Shown here: positions 1 through 12,542 of the stretch, in pieces
Layout of the letters: every line of letters begins with the position of its first letter
Numbering within the stretch: position 1 is the stretch's first letter
Assembly: GCA_046153685.1 (NCBI GenBank)
Contig: JBJXGH010000081.1
Span: 224-64,223, forward strand
Length of the DNA stretch: 64,000 nucleotides
DNA from: Alphaproteobacteria bacterium
GTDB lineage: Bacteria; Pseudomonadota; Alphaproteobacteria; CADEGL01
Reading direction: 5' to 3'
Notes under the pieces: model-generated
Seen by the model: only the letters and a program-made list of their open reading frames with translations
Told to the model about the DNA's origin: nothing
Database searches by the model: none
Made by a program: the position numbers and the translations under genes

Positions 1-1
1 C

Positions 2-499
2 GGCGTATTGATTTTTCCCTCGATTCTCAAGGCGGGATTCATCTTCGGCGCGGAGGGCGGATCGGGCGTTTTGCTGACGCGCGACGCTAATGGGGTGTGG
101 AGCTATCCGGCGTTCTACGGCATGGGCGCGGGCAGTATCGGGATTCAGATCGGCTTTCAAGATTCCGAGGCCGTGTTCGTCATCAACACGCTCAAGGGCC
201 TGAACGCCGTTCTCAACAACAATTTCAAGTTCGGCATCGACGCCAGCGTCGCCGCCGGACCCGTCGGCCAAGGCATCGAGGGCTCGACCACGACGGCGCT
301 GACGGCGGACATCGAGGCCTATTCAAAGAATCGCGGTCTATTCGCGGGCGGTTCGCTCGAAGGCGCCGTCATCTACGAGCGCGATTCGCTGAATAAGGAG
401 TATTACGGTTTGGGCGCCACGGGCCGGACGATCGCGATGGATCGCGCCTTCAAGAACGAACGCGCCGAAGGCCTGCGCGCCGCCATCACGATCAAGTAA
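2..499 (+). CDS. SYLF/Ysc84-like (DUF500) domain protein, C-terminal part; 5' end lies outside the window
   Basis: The ORF runs off the left edge. It carries glycine-rich beta-strand repeats (GAEGGSGVLL, GMGAGSIGIQIG, AGPVGQG) typical of Ysc84/SYLF lipid-binding domains. This is family recall, not a search. Confidence 0.55.
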   Translation, partial: GVLIFPSILKAGFIFGAEGGSGVLLTRDANGVWSYPAFYGMGAGSIGIQIGFQDSEAVFVINTLKGLNAVLNNNFKFGIDASVAAGPVGQGIEGSTTTALTADIEAYSKNRGLFAGGSLEGAVIYERDSLNKEYYGLGATGRTIAMDRAFKNERAEGLRAAITIK

Positions 500-593
500 T
501 CACTTGCCCTCGCAGACGCGGCGGCAAAACCCAAGCGCCGCCCGGACCGAGGATGGCCGAGGCCGCGGCGGGCCCAGCTTTCAGAGGACGGGT

Positions 594-1178
594 TTAATTG
601 GCGCCGGCGGCGCGTAACACTCGGGACGCGGTCGCGTGCCGATTGCGCTCGGCCCAATCGAGCGCGGTCAGGCCGGAATAATCGGCGCGCTTCAAATCGA
701 CCTTGCTCGCGACGAGCACCCGGACGGCATCGGTATAGCCGCCCTTTGCGGCCTTGATGAGCGGCGTATCGCCGGAGCGGTCGGGCACATTGGGATCGGC
801 CCCGGCCTTGAGGAGAATGTCCACGATTTCGGCATGGCCCCGCTCGGCGGCCAGCAACAGGGCGGTCGCCTGGCCGCGGTCGCGATATTCGAGCGCCGCC
901 CGGTTTTGGACCAGATATTCGACGACGGCCGTTTGGCCGTTCTTGGCCGCAACGGTGAGAGGCGTGGTGCCGTCGGTGAAGATCTCGTTCACGCTGCGCC
1001 CGCCATTCACGGCTCGTTGCACGGCCTCGAGAACGCCAAGACGCAACGATTCGGAGAACTGATCAGGGCCGAAATTAACCGTTCCAAGCGGCGCGCCCTG
1101 GGCATGGGCCGACGCCGGCGCCAAAGCCGACAAGGCAAGGATGCCGAGAAGCCTAAATATCGAACGAAATCCGGTCAT
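594..1178 (-). CDS. secreted ankyrin-repeat protein
   Basis: 194 aa with an N-terminal signal peptide (LLGILALSALAPASAHA). At least three ankyrin repeats follow the TPL..AA..G motif (DGTTPLTVAAKNGQ, GQATALLLAAERGHAEIVDILLKAGADPN, GDTPLIKAAKGGY). Confidence 0.75.
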   Translation of the reverse strand: MTGFRSIFRLLGILALSALAPASAHAQGAPLGTVNFGPDQFSESLRLGVLEAVQRAVNGGRSVNEIFTDGTTPLTVAAKNGQTAVVEYLVQNRAALEYRDRGQATALLLAAERGHAEIVDILLKAGADPNVPDRSGDTPLIKAAKGGYTDAVRVLVASKVDLKRADYSGLTALDWAERNRHATASRVLRAAGAN

Positions 1179-1346
1179 GGCGCGGCCTGATTACGTGCTT
1201 CACGGGGGTTTCGAGTCAAGTCTGGACTGCACCCCTTCCCGCTCGGCTCGAAGCGAAAAGGCAGGCGACTTGAAGCGCAAGGGCCGACAGCCTATCTTTC
1301 GTCCAACGGCGGGCTTGGTACCGAGCAGTCTTGATTTGGCGCGCCA

Positions 1347-1670
1347 ATGCGGAGAATACCCATGATGACGAAGGCGCGCGGCCTGGCGCTTCTGGTTGGG
1401 CTGGCGGGTGCGGTCGCACTCGGCGGTTGCGGCGAGCGCGGCATATGGAACAAGCAGGGCGCGACCGCAAGCGAGCGCGTTTCGGCCCAGAAAAACTGCG
1501 TGGCCGAATCGGGGCAGTACGACTTCCTGAACAATGAAGGCGAGTCGAGCGCCGGCCGCTACAACACGGGAAACACCTCCGATGTCTATCGGATGTGCAT
1601 GTTCTCGCGCGGATTCGGGCAGATGCCCGAATCCGAATACAAGAAACAAAAGCAATCGCAGCCGCAGTGA
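1347..1670 (+). CDS. hypothetical lipoprotein
   Basis: 107-aa ORF with a signal peptide and a lipobox (LALLVGLAGAVALGGC). No recognisable catalytic motif. Divergent from the ankyrin gene. Confidence 0.45.
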   Translation: MRRIPMMTKARGLALLVGLAGAVALGGCGERGIWNKQGATASERVSAQKNCVAESGQYDFLNNEGESSAGRYNTGNTSDVYRMCMFSRGFGQMPESEYKKQKQSQPQ

Positions 1671-1725
1671 GCCGTTCGCGGCCACGAGTACGCGGCCACG
1701 AGTACGGGGCCATGAATATCGGACC

Positions 1726-2394
1726 ATGGGCATGAAGGGCCGCTCGGCGCGTGCGCGCCAAGGCCTTGTGCTCGCGGCCCTGGCCGTGCTCGCTTGGCTC
1801 GGCTACGGCGCCTACAATGTGCTGACCGCGCCCGAGGGCTTTCGTGCGTTCATCATGGGCGGCGGCGGCGGCGGCGGCGCGGCTCAAATCGGCGGCGCCT
1901 TCAATCTCATTGACCAGAACGCCAACACCCGCACCGATGGCGCCTTTCGCGGGCAATTGATGCTGGTGTTCTTCGGCTACACCCATTGTCCCGATGTCTG
2001 CCCCATCGGCTTGCAGACGATGACGGAGGCGCTCGAATCCCTGGGCGAATCCGGCAATGTCGTGCGCCCGATCTTCATCACAATCGATCCGGCGCGCGAC
2101 ACGCCGGAGCGGCTCAAGGACTATGCCGGGAACTTCCACCCCCGCCTTCTCGCGCTCACCGGCAGCGAGGAGCGCGTCGCCCAGGCCGCAAAGGCGTACC
2201 GGATCTATTACGCCAAGTCGAAACCGGCCGAGGGCCACAAGACCGCGAATCACGCCGCGCCGAGTGACGGCGATTATTTGATGGATCACAGCTCGTACAT
2301 CTATCTCATGGGCGCGGACGGGCGCTATCTCACGCATTTCCCCTCCAACATCCCCGCCGACCAGCTGGCCGCGCGAATCAAATCGTATCTCTGA
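1726..2394 (+). CDS. SCO1/SenC family copper chaperone (cytochrome oxidase assembly)
   Basis: CPDVCP thioredoxin-like CxxxC motif, an N-terminal TM helix, and the conserved DHSSYIYLMG C-terminal region. Start is placed at an internal ATG (1726) to avoid overlap with the lipoprotein gene. An in-frame (GGC)7 repeat encodes poly-Gly. Confidence 0.85.
   Translation: MGMKGRSARARQGLVLAALAVLAWLGYGAYNVLTAPEGFRAFIMGGGGGGGAAQIGGAFNLIDQNANTRTDGAFRGQLMLVFFGYTHCPDVCPIGLQTMTEALESLGESGNVVRPIFITIDPARDTPERLKDYAGNFHPRLLALTGSEERVAQAAKAYRIYYAKSKPAEGHKTANHAAPSDGDYLMDHSSYIYLMGADGRYLTHFPSNIPADQLAARIKSYL
1858..1878 (+). repeat. (GGC)7 trinucleotide microsatellite within the SCO1 coding sequence
   Basis: Seven perfect in-frame GGC repeats encode Gly7 right after the TM helix. 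Confidence 0.6.
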
Positions 2395-2464
2395 TCGCCG
2401 CCGCTTGACCGTCTTCGCTCGCCGCGTCTCAATGGGCGCGTATTGCCGATCATGGGAGACGGAC

Positions 2465-3373
2465 ATGACAACGATTCGCGGCGTGTATGCGGCGGCCCTT
2501 ACGCCCATGAAGGACGATCTGAGCCCGGACTTGCCGGCGCTCGTGCGCCATTACAAATGGCTGCTGGCGAATGGTTGCGACGGCTTGGCGCCGCTGGGGA
2601 CGACGGGCGAGGCCAATTCCTTCTCGGTTGACGAACGCCTCGCGGTCATCGACGCGCTCGGCGCCTCGGGCATTCCGATGGCCAAGACCATCGTCGGCAC
2701 GGGAAGCTGCGCCATTCCCGACAGTGTGCGGCTAACCAAGCGCGTGCTGGAAGCGGGCGGGCGGGACGTGCTGGTTCTGCCGCCGTTCTACTACAAGAAG
2801 GTGAATGACGACGGCCTGTTCGCTTCGTTTGCGGAAACCATCGCGCGCGTGGGCGACGAACGCCTGCGCCTTTACGTCTATCAATTTCCGCAGATGACCG
2901 GCCTCGATTTGAGCCTCGCGCTGATCGAGCGCCTGATCAAGGCATTTCCCAAAACGGTCGTCGGCATCAAGGACAGCTCGGGTAATTGGGCGAACATGGA
3001 AGCGATGTGCAAGCGCTTTCCCGGGTTCGAGGTCTTTCCGGGCAGCGAGCGCTTTCTGCTCGCGGGCTTGCGCGCGGGCGGGGTCGGGTGCATCAGCGCG
3101 ACGACCAATCTCACCGCGCCGATGGCGGCGAAGGTCTTCGCCCAATGGAAAGGCGCGGATGCCGACCGCCTGCAGGCGGAGTTGACGGCCGTGCGCGAGG
3201 TCCTGGAGGGCTTCCCGGCGATCGCGGCGCTGAAGGCCGTTCTCGCGCGCCATTCCGGCCACGGCGCGTGGCGCAATATCCGCCCGCCGCTCGTCCGCTT
3301 GGACGAGGCGCAGGCGAGCGATCTGTTCGCCAAGCTGGCGGCGACGCCCTTCGCGCCCGCCAAGGCGGCCTGA
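2465..3373 (+). CDS. dihydrodipicolinate synthase (DapA/NAL) family lyase
   Basis: GTTGE motif (PLGTTGEANS), an N-terminus of MTTIRGVYAAALTPM, and a Schiff-base lysine region (VVGIKDSSGN). A GGGAGA RBS precedes the ATG at 2465. The longer TTG-initiated ORF from 2405 is rejected. Confidence 0.8.
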   Translation: MTTIRGVYAAALTPMKDDLSPDLPALVRHYKWLLANGCDGLAPLGTTGEANSFSVDERLAVIDALGASGIPMAKTIVGTGSCAIPDSVRLTKRVLEAGGRDVLVLPPFYYKKVNDDGLFASFAETIARVGDERLRLYVYQFPQMTGLDLSLALIERLIKAFPKTVVGIKDSSGNWANMEAMCKRFPGFEVFPGSERFLLAGLRAGGVGCISATTNLTAPMAAKVFAQWKGADADRLQAELTAVREVLEGFPAIAALKAVLARHSGHGAWRNIRPPLVRLDEAQASDLFAKLAATPFAPAKAA

Positions 3374-3382
3374 GGCTGCACC

Positions 3383-4084
3383 ATGGCGCAGCCACGCGGC
3401 GCGCACCTGATGATCGCCGGCCGCGAGGTCGCGGTACGGGTGCGCAAGACCGCGCGCGCGCGCCGCATGACGCTGCGCATCGATGGCGCCATCGACGGCA
3501 TCGATTTGACCTTGCCGCGCTGGGTCAGCGTGGCCGAGGGTCTGCGCTTCGCCGAAAGCAAGCGCGATTGGCTGGCCGACAGGCTCGCGGCCTTGCCCCC
3601 GCGCGTACGTTTCGAGGATGGCGCGCTGGTACCGTTGGCGGGGCGCGAGTACCGCGTGCGGCACCGGGAGGCAGAACTGCCCTTGGTCTGGCTCGAGCGC
3701 GAAGAGATCCGCGCGGGCGGCGCGGAGCACGGCTTGCCAGAACGCATCGGCGCCTGGATCAAGGACTTGGCCAAGCGCGAGTTGGCGCATCGCGCGGCGG
3801 AAAAAGCGGCGCGCATCGGCCTGCCGGCGCCGCCCGTGCGCCTGCGCGACACGCGTAGCCTCTGGGGCAGCTGTTCACCAGAGGGCCGGCTGACCTTCAC
3901 TTGGCGCCTGGTTTTTGCTCCGGAAGTAGCCATGGACTACGTGGTGGCGCACGAGGTCGCGCATTTGAAGCACATGAACCATGGCAAACGGTTCTGGGCC
4001 TTGGTGGATCAGCTCACCGCCGACGCCGCCGGCGCGCGCGCCTGGCTCCGCCGCGAGGGCGCGCGCCTGCATCGCTACGGCTAG
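3383..4084 (+). CDS. YgjP-like DUF45/M48-family metal-dependent hydrolase
   Basis: The C-terminal HEVAHLKHMNHGKRFW matches the DUF45 HExxHxxxxNHxxxFW signature. Confidence 0.8.
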   Translation: MAQPRGAHLMIAGREVAVRVRKTARARRMTLRIDGAIDGIDLTLPRWVSVAEGLRFAESKRDWLADRLAALPPRVRFEDGALVPLAGREYRVRHREAELPLVWLEREEIRAGGAEHGLPERIGAWIKDLAKRELAHRAAEKAARIGLPAPPVRLRDTRSLWGSCSPEGRLTFTWRLVFAPEVAMDYVVAHEVAHLKHMNHGKRFWALVDQLTADAAGARAWLRREGARLHRYG

Positions 4085-4142
4085 GATTTGGACCGCAAGG
4101 TCCGGATAGCGACGGCGCCGGGTTGAGTGTAGCAATCTCGCC

Positions 4143-5240
4143 ATGACGAACCAAAAAGACCAACTCAACGACACCGCCCGCTGGCGCGCCGTTCTGGGGC
4201 GCGAGACGGAGATGGACGGCCGTTTCGTTTACGGCGTCGAGACGACCGGAATCTATTGCAGGCCAAGTTGCCCCAGCCGCCGGCCGCGCCGGGAGAACGT
4301 ACGCTTCTTCGCCGATGGCCGCGCAGCGGTGCAAGCGGGATTTCGCGCCTGCAAGCGCTGCGGGCCAGACGGGCATGCCCGCCTGGATCCGGCCAAGAAT
4401 CTGGCCAGGCGCGCCTGCGCCTTCATTGACGAGCGGGTCGAGGGACCGCCGACACTCGCCGCGCTCGCGGCCCATCTGAAACTCAGCCCCTATCATGTCC
4501 AGCGCACGTTCAGCCGCGTCATGGGCATAAGCCCGCGTGCCTATGCCGATGCCCGGCGCCTCGGGCGCTTCAAGCACCGGCTCAAGCGTGGCGCCGGAAT
4601 CGCCGACGCGCTGTACGACGCGGGCTATGGCTCAAGCAGCCGGATCTACGAGCACGCCGGCGCCCAACTCGGCATGACCCCCGCCGCCTATCGCAAAGGA
4701 GGGCGCGACATGCGCATCGCCTACACCGTGGTTCGAACGCCCCTTGGCCCCATGATCGTCGCGGGAACGAATCTGGGCGTGTCCTATATCGCCTTCGACG
4801 ACGACGAAGGCGCGCTCGAAGCGGCGTTGCGCGCCGAATATCCCGAAGCCGAGGTTGCGCGCGACGATTCCGGGATGGGGCGCTATGTGAAACCCATCGC
4901 CGACCATGTCGCTGGCCACCCATCCTCGCTCGAATTGCCGCTCGACGTGCAGGCGACAGCCTTTCAACGGCGAGTGTGGCAGGCGCTGCGCGACATACCC
5001 ATCGGCGAGACCCGCACCTACCGGCAGATCGCGCGCGCGGTCGGCGCGCCCAAGGCCGCGCGCGCGGTCGGCAATGCCTGCGCGCGCAATCCCGTTTCGA
5101 TAGTCGTCCCGTGCCACAGGGCGATTCGCGGCGACGGCTCGCTCGGCGGGTATGCCTGGGGCTTGGCGCGCAAACGCCGGCTCTTGGACATCGAAAAGGA
5201 ATTGGCAACCGAACCGCCCAAACGCCGACGCGCGGGCTAA
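4143..5240 (+). CDS. ada: bifunctional Ada: methylphosphotriester-DNA methyltransferase/AraC-type regulator fused to O6-methylguanine-DNA methyltransferase
   Basis: N-terminal Cys4 Zn site (TTGIYCRPSCPSR...FRACKRCGPD), an AraC HTH middle region, and a C-terminal MGMT domain with the PCHRAI active site. Confidence 0.85.
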   Translation: MTNQKDQLNDTARWRAVLGRETEMDGRFVYGVETTGIYCRPSCPSRRPRRENVRFFADGRAAVQAGFRACKRCGPDGHARLDPAKNLARRACAFIDERVEGPPTLAALAAHLKLSPYHVQRTFSRVMGISPRAYADARRLGRFKHRLKRGAGIADALYDAGYGSSSRIYEHAGAQLGMTPAAYRKGGRDMRIAYTVVRTPLGPMIVAGTNLGVSYIAFDDDEGALEAALRAEYPEAEVARDDSGMGRYVKPIADHVAGHPSSLELPLDVQATAFQRRVWQALRDIPIGETRTYRQIARAVGAPKAARAVGNACARNPVSIVVPCHRAIRGDGSLGGYAWGLARKRRLLDIEKELATEPPKRRRAG

Positions 5241-5253
5241 TCTCAAGCCGAAA

Positions 5254-7302
5254 TCAGCGACTAGACGGCCGTTCCGGTGCGTCCCTTGGTCGCTCCGTGC
5301 CCGAGCGGCCAAAAATATTCGACAAGGAAAACCCAGATTTTGCCGCGGGCGGATTCGCCGGCACTGCCGGAACGGCGCCCGGTGCACCCGTCCCCGTGGG
5401 TGCAGTGGACGAAATCGGCGCGGGCGCCGAAGGCGTGGATTGCTGCTCGCGGTCGCGGGCCTCGACCTCCTCGAACGCACGACCCATCGGCAGAGATTGG
5501 GCCGGCCGGCCGTCATGCGCGGCCAACATGACATCGTGGAACAAACGGGCGGACAGCCGGCCGCCGGTCACCGCATTCATCGGCGCGCCGTTGTCGTTGC
5601 CGAACCAAACACCTGCCGTCATGTCCGCCGTGAATCCGACAAACCAGGCATCGCGGTAGTCTTGGCTGGTGCCCGTCTTGCCGCCCATCGGCCGGCCGAT
5701 ATTGGCCGCGCGCCCTGTGCCCGACGACACCACGGCACCAAGCATGTCGGTCATCACCGCGAGCGTGGCGGGCGACACCACCCGTCCCGGCCCCGAACCT
5801 TGCCGGCGGTAAAGCACGCGCCCCTCCGTGTCGCGCACCTCGTCGATCGCGTAGGCCCACACCGCATCGCCGCCATTGCCGAACGGCGCATAGGCTTGGA
5901 CCAATTCGACGAGCGTCACCTCGCTGGTGCCCAGCGCAAGCGATGCCATGGGCTTGAGTTCGGCGGTGATACCCATGCGCCGCGCCGCCTCGACGACGCG
6001 ACCGCGTCCCACGCGCTCGGAGATTTGCACCGCGACCGTGTTGATCGATTGCGCCAGGGCCTCGCGCGCGGTCATCTCGCCGCGGTGCTTGCCGTCGAAA
6101 TTCCTGGGGCTCCATTTCTCGACCGTGACGGGGCCGTCAAACACCTTGTCGTCCGGCAACAGGCCTTGCTCGACCGCCGCGAGATAGACGAAAGGCTTGA
6201 ACGCCGAGCCGGGCTGGCGCAAGGCTTGGGTCGCGCGGTTGAACTGGCTTTGGCCGTAATCGCGCCCGCCGACCATGGCACGCACCGCGCCGTCCGGCGC
6301 CAAGATGACGAGCGCGGCCTGGCCGACGCGGGCCGCCTCCCCCTCGGCGGCAAGGGCTTTCTGGACCTTGGCCTCCGACATGCGCTGGAGATCGGCGTCG
6401 AGCGTCGTCACCACCACGAGGTCCCTATCGGGCGCACCCACGAAGGCCGTCACCTGGTCGAGCACCCAATCGCCGAAATACCTTCCGGTTTGCCCCGTAA
6501 ACGCCATCGCAAGCGCCGTGCGCGCGGCGCGCGCGGCGCTTGCCTGGGCCTCGGTCACGAAGCCGGCAGCAACCATGTTGATGAGCACTTGATCGGTGCG
6601 TTTGGCGGCAAGGTCGCCATCGCGCGCAGGATTGTAGCGCGAGGGCGCTTTGAGCAGACCCGCGACCATTGCCGATTCGTAGAGCGTGAGCGCGCGCGCG
6701 GACTTGCCGAAATAACGCTGCGCCGCCGCCTCGACGCCGTAGGTGCCGGCGCCGAAATACACCCGGTTGAGATAGGAGGTCAGGATTTGATCCTTGGTAA
6801 AACGCTGTTCGATCCACAGCGCCAGCATCAATTCCTGCGCCTTGCGCCGCAGGGTGCGATCGGGCGTGAGAAACATGTTCTTGGCGAGCTGCTGGGTGAT
6901 GGTGCTGCCGCCCTGTACCACGCGCCCCGCGCGCACATTGGCAAACATCGCGCGCATGATGCCCCACGGATCGATTCCAGCGTGGCGATAGAAGCGCCGG
7001 TCCTCGGTCGCAAGCAACGCCTGGGGCAGATGGTCGGGAAGTTGCCTTACATCGACATGCTCGCCGTAAAGATCGCCGTACGACAAAAGCGGCCGGCCGT
7101 CGTGACCGAGAAGCGTGACGCTCGGGCGCCGATCGGCGCCGACGAGCCGGTCAACGGACGGCATGTCGTAGGCGACGGCGAGGACCGCGACGACGCCAAG
7201 CACCATCGCCCAGAGCAATGTCGCGGCCGCGATCCTGGCGATGCGCCAGCCGCGCCGTCCTGTCCTACCGCCTTTGGCGGCCGATGCCCTCTTGCCGGTC
7301 AT
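5254..7302 (-). CDS. class A penicillin-binding protein (bifunctional transglycosylase/transpeptidase)
   Basis: TM anchor, GT51 motifs (EDRRFYRHAGID, GGSTITQQLAKN), and transpeptidase motifs SAFKP (SxxK), SPRN (SxN) and KTGT. Convergent with ada. Confidence 0.85.
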   Translation of the reverse strand: MTGKRASAAKGGRTGRRGWRIARIAAATLLWAMVLGVVAVLAVAYDMPSVDRLVGADRRPSVTLLGHDGRPLLSYGDLYGEHVDVRQLPDHLPQALLATEDRRFYRHAGIDPWGIMRAMFANVRAGRVVQGGSTITQQLAKNMFLTPDRTLRRKAQELMLALWIEQRFTKDQILTSYLNRVYFGAGTYGVEAAAQRYFGKSARALTLYESAMVAGLLKAPSRYNPARDGDLAAKRTDQVLINMVAAGFVTEAQASAARAARTALAMAFTGQTGRYFGDWVLDQVTAFVGAPDRDLVVVTTLDADLQRMSEAKVQKALAAEGEAARVGQAALVILAPDGAVRAMVGGRDYGQSQFNRATQALRQPGSAFKPFVYLAAVEQGLLPDDKVFDGPVTVEKWSPRNFDGKHRGEMTAREALAQSINTVAVQISERVGRGRVVEAARRMGITAELKPMASLALGTSEVTLVELVQAYAPFGNGGDAVWAYAIDEVRDTEGRVLYRRQGSGPGRVVSPATLAVMTDMLGAVVSSGTGRAANIGRPMGGKTGTSQDYRDAWFVGFTADMTAGVWFGNDNGAPMNAVTGGRLSARLFHDVMLAAHDGRPAQSLPMGRAFEEVEARDREQQSTPSAPAPISSTAPTGTGAPGAVPAVPANPPAAKSGFSLSNIFGRSGTERPRDAPERPSSR

Positions 7303-7465
7303 GGCTCTCGCGTCAGGGTGATGTGTCGGTAGGCATCGGGATGCCGCCAGCGTGTCGCATGTCGATGGCGGCCAGCATGAAGTCCGGTTGCGGCAACATC
7401 ATGGCAAATGACGGCCGGGCCAAATGCAGCTCCGTCGACACGAGTACCGCCCGAAGAGCCGCCGC

Positions 7466-11198
<3,733 letters not shown>

Positions 11199-11202
<4 letters not shown>

Positions 11203-12323
11203 ACGCGCATCGGCATGAGGACGTAGAGCGACCCGTCGCCATCGTCCGAGCCGTCGCGCACGATGGTCGGAGAGGCTGCATCCGACATAACGAATTTGGC
11301 GTGTTCGCCCCGGATCTGGGAGGCGATATCGAGCAGATAGCGGGCATTGAAGCCGATCTCGATGCCGTCGCCGGCATAATCGACCTCGATTTCCTCGGTT
11401 GCCGAGCCGGTGTCCTGGCCGCTCGCGGAGAGCATGAGGCTGCCGCGCGAGAGCACGAGCTTGACCGCGCGCGACTGATCCTTCGAGATCGTCGAGACCC
11501 GGTCCACGGCCTCGGCGAAGATCTTGTTGTTGACCTGCATGATCTTGTCGTTGTCAGCCGGAATGACCCGCTCGTAATCGGGGAAAGTGCCGTCGATCAG
11601 CTTGGAGGTCAGCACGACCGAATCGAAGGTGAAGCGAATCCGCGTCTCGGACAGCGCCACGCGCACGGACTCGGCGCTGTCTTCGACGAGCTTGCGCACC
11701 TCGGCGATGGCCTTGCGCGGCACGATGACGGCCGGCATTCCGGCGCCGCCCTCGGGCAGGGGCATCTGAAAGCGCGCGAGGCGGTGGCCGTCGGTGGCGA
11801 CTGCGCGCAGCAATTCCGCGCGCCCGACCTTGGTCGCGTGCAGGTGAATGCCGTTCAGATAATAGCGCGTTTCCTCGGTCGAGATTGCAAAGCGCGTATG
11901 GTCGATCAGGTCACGCAGCGCGCCGGCATCGAGCGCAAATTCGTGCGGCAGATCGCCCGCCGACATTACCGGGAATTCGTCCACCGGCAGGCAGGATAGC
12001 GAGAAGCGCGCCCGGCCCGCGCGCAACGTCAATTGCCCGCCGCCGGTCGCGAGCTCGAGCGCGACCTGCGAACCTTCGGGCAGCTTGCGCACGATGTCGT
12101 AGAGCGTATGGGCTGCGGCGGTCGTGGAAGCGGGCGCGGCGACCTCCGCCGCAACTTCCTCGCGAATCGCCAGATCCATGTCGGTGGCGCTCAGGGCCAG
12201 GCGGCTGTCTTTCGCCTCGATCAGGACATTGGACAGGATGGGGATGGTGTTGCGCCGCTCGACCACGCTTTGCACATGGGCCAGCGCCTTCAGCAAGGTG
12301 GCGCGTTCGATGGTGACTTTCAT
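11199..12323 (-). CDS. dnaN: DNA polymerase III beta sliding clamp
   Basis: 374 aa with N-terminus MKVTIERATLLKAL and three-domain clamp architecture. Stop overlaps the recF start (ATGA). Confidence 0.95.
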
Positions 12324-12542
12324 GGGATGGGCTACGCTCCGGACGGGCGGGCGGGCCGGGGGTGAAAGCGACCCGGAATCCCTGGGGTACTCCGCTTAGG
12401 AGCATACCCTTGCCCAATCCAACCGGCAATCGAAAATCGGTCAGCGAGGGCGCTTCAAAGCTCTGAAAATACGGGGTTTCTCGCACTCCCGGGACTTGCC
12501 GCCGGGGCCGGCGGCAGGGCGGAAAATCCGCCCCGTCCGGGA

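Noticed and set aside
5152-7332. 726-aa plus-strand ORF antisense to the PBP gene. Similar long antisense ORFs occur at 9308-10603, 30880-33246, 1216-2508, 2732-3933, 4582-5534, 18101-19333, 36673-37878 and 37751-39298.
   Set aside because: They are Arg/Ala/Gly-rich, low-complexity translations typical of the reverse strand of high-GC coding DNA. Each lies fully inside a gene with strong recognisable family motifs on the other strand.
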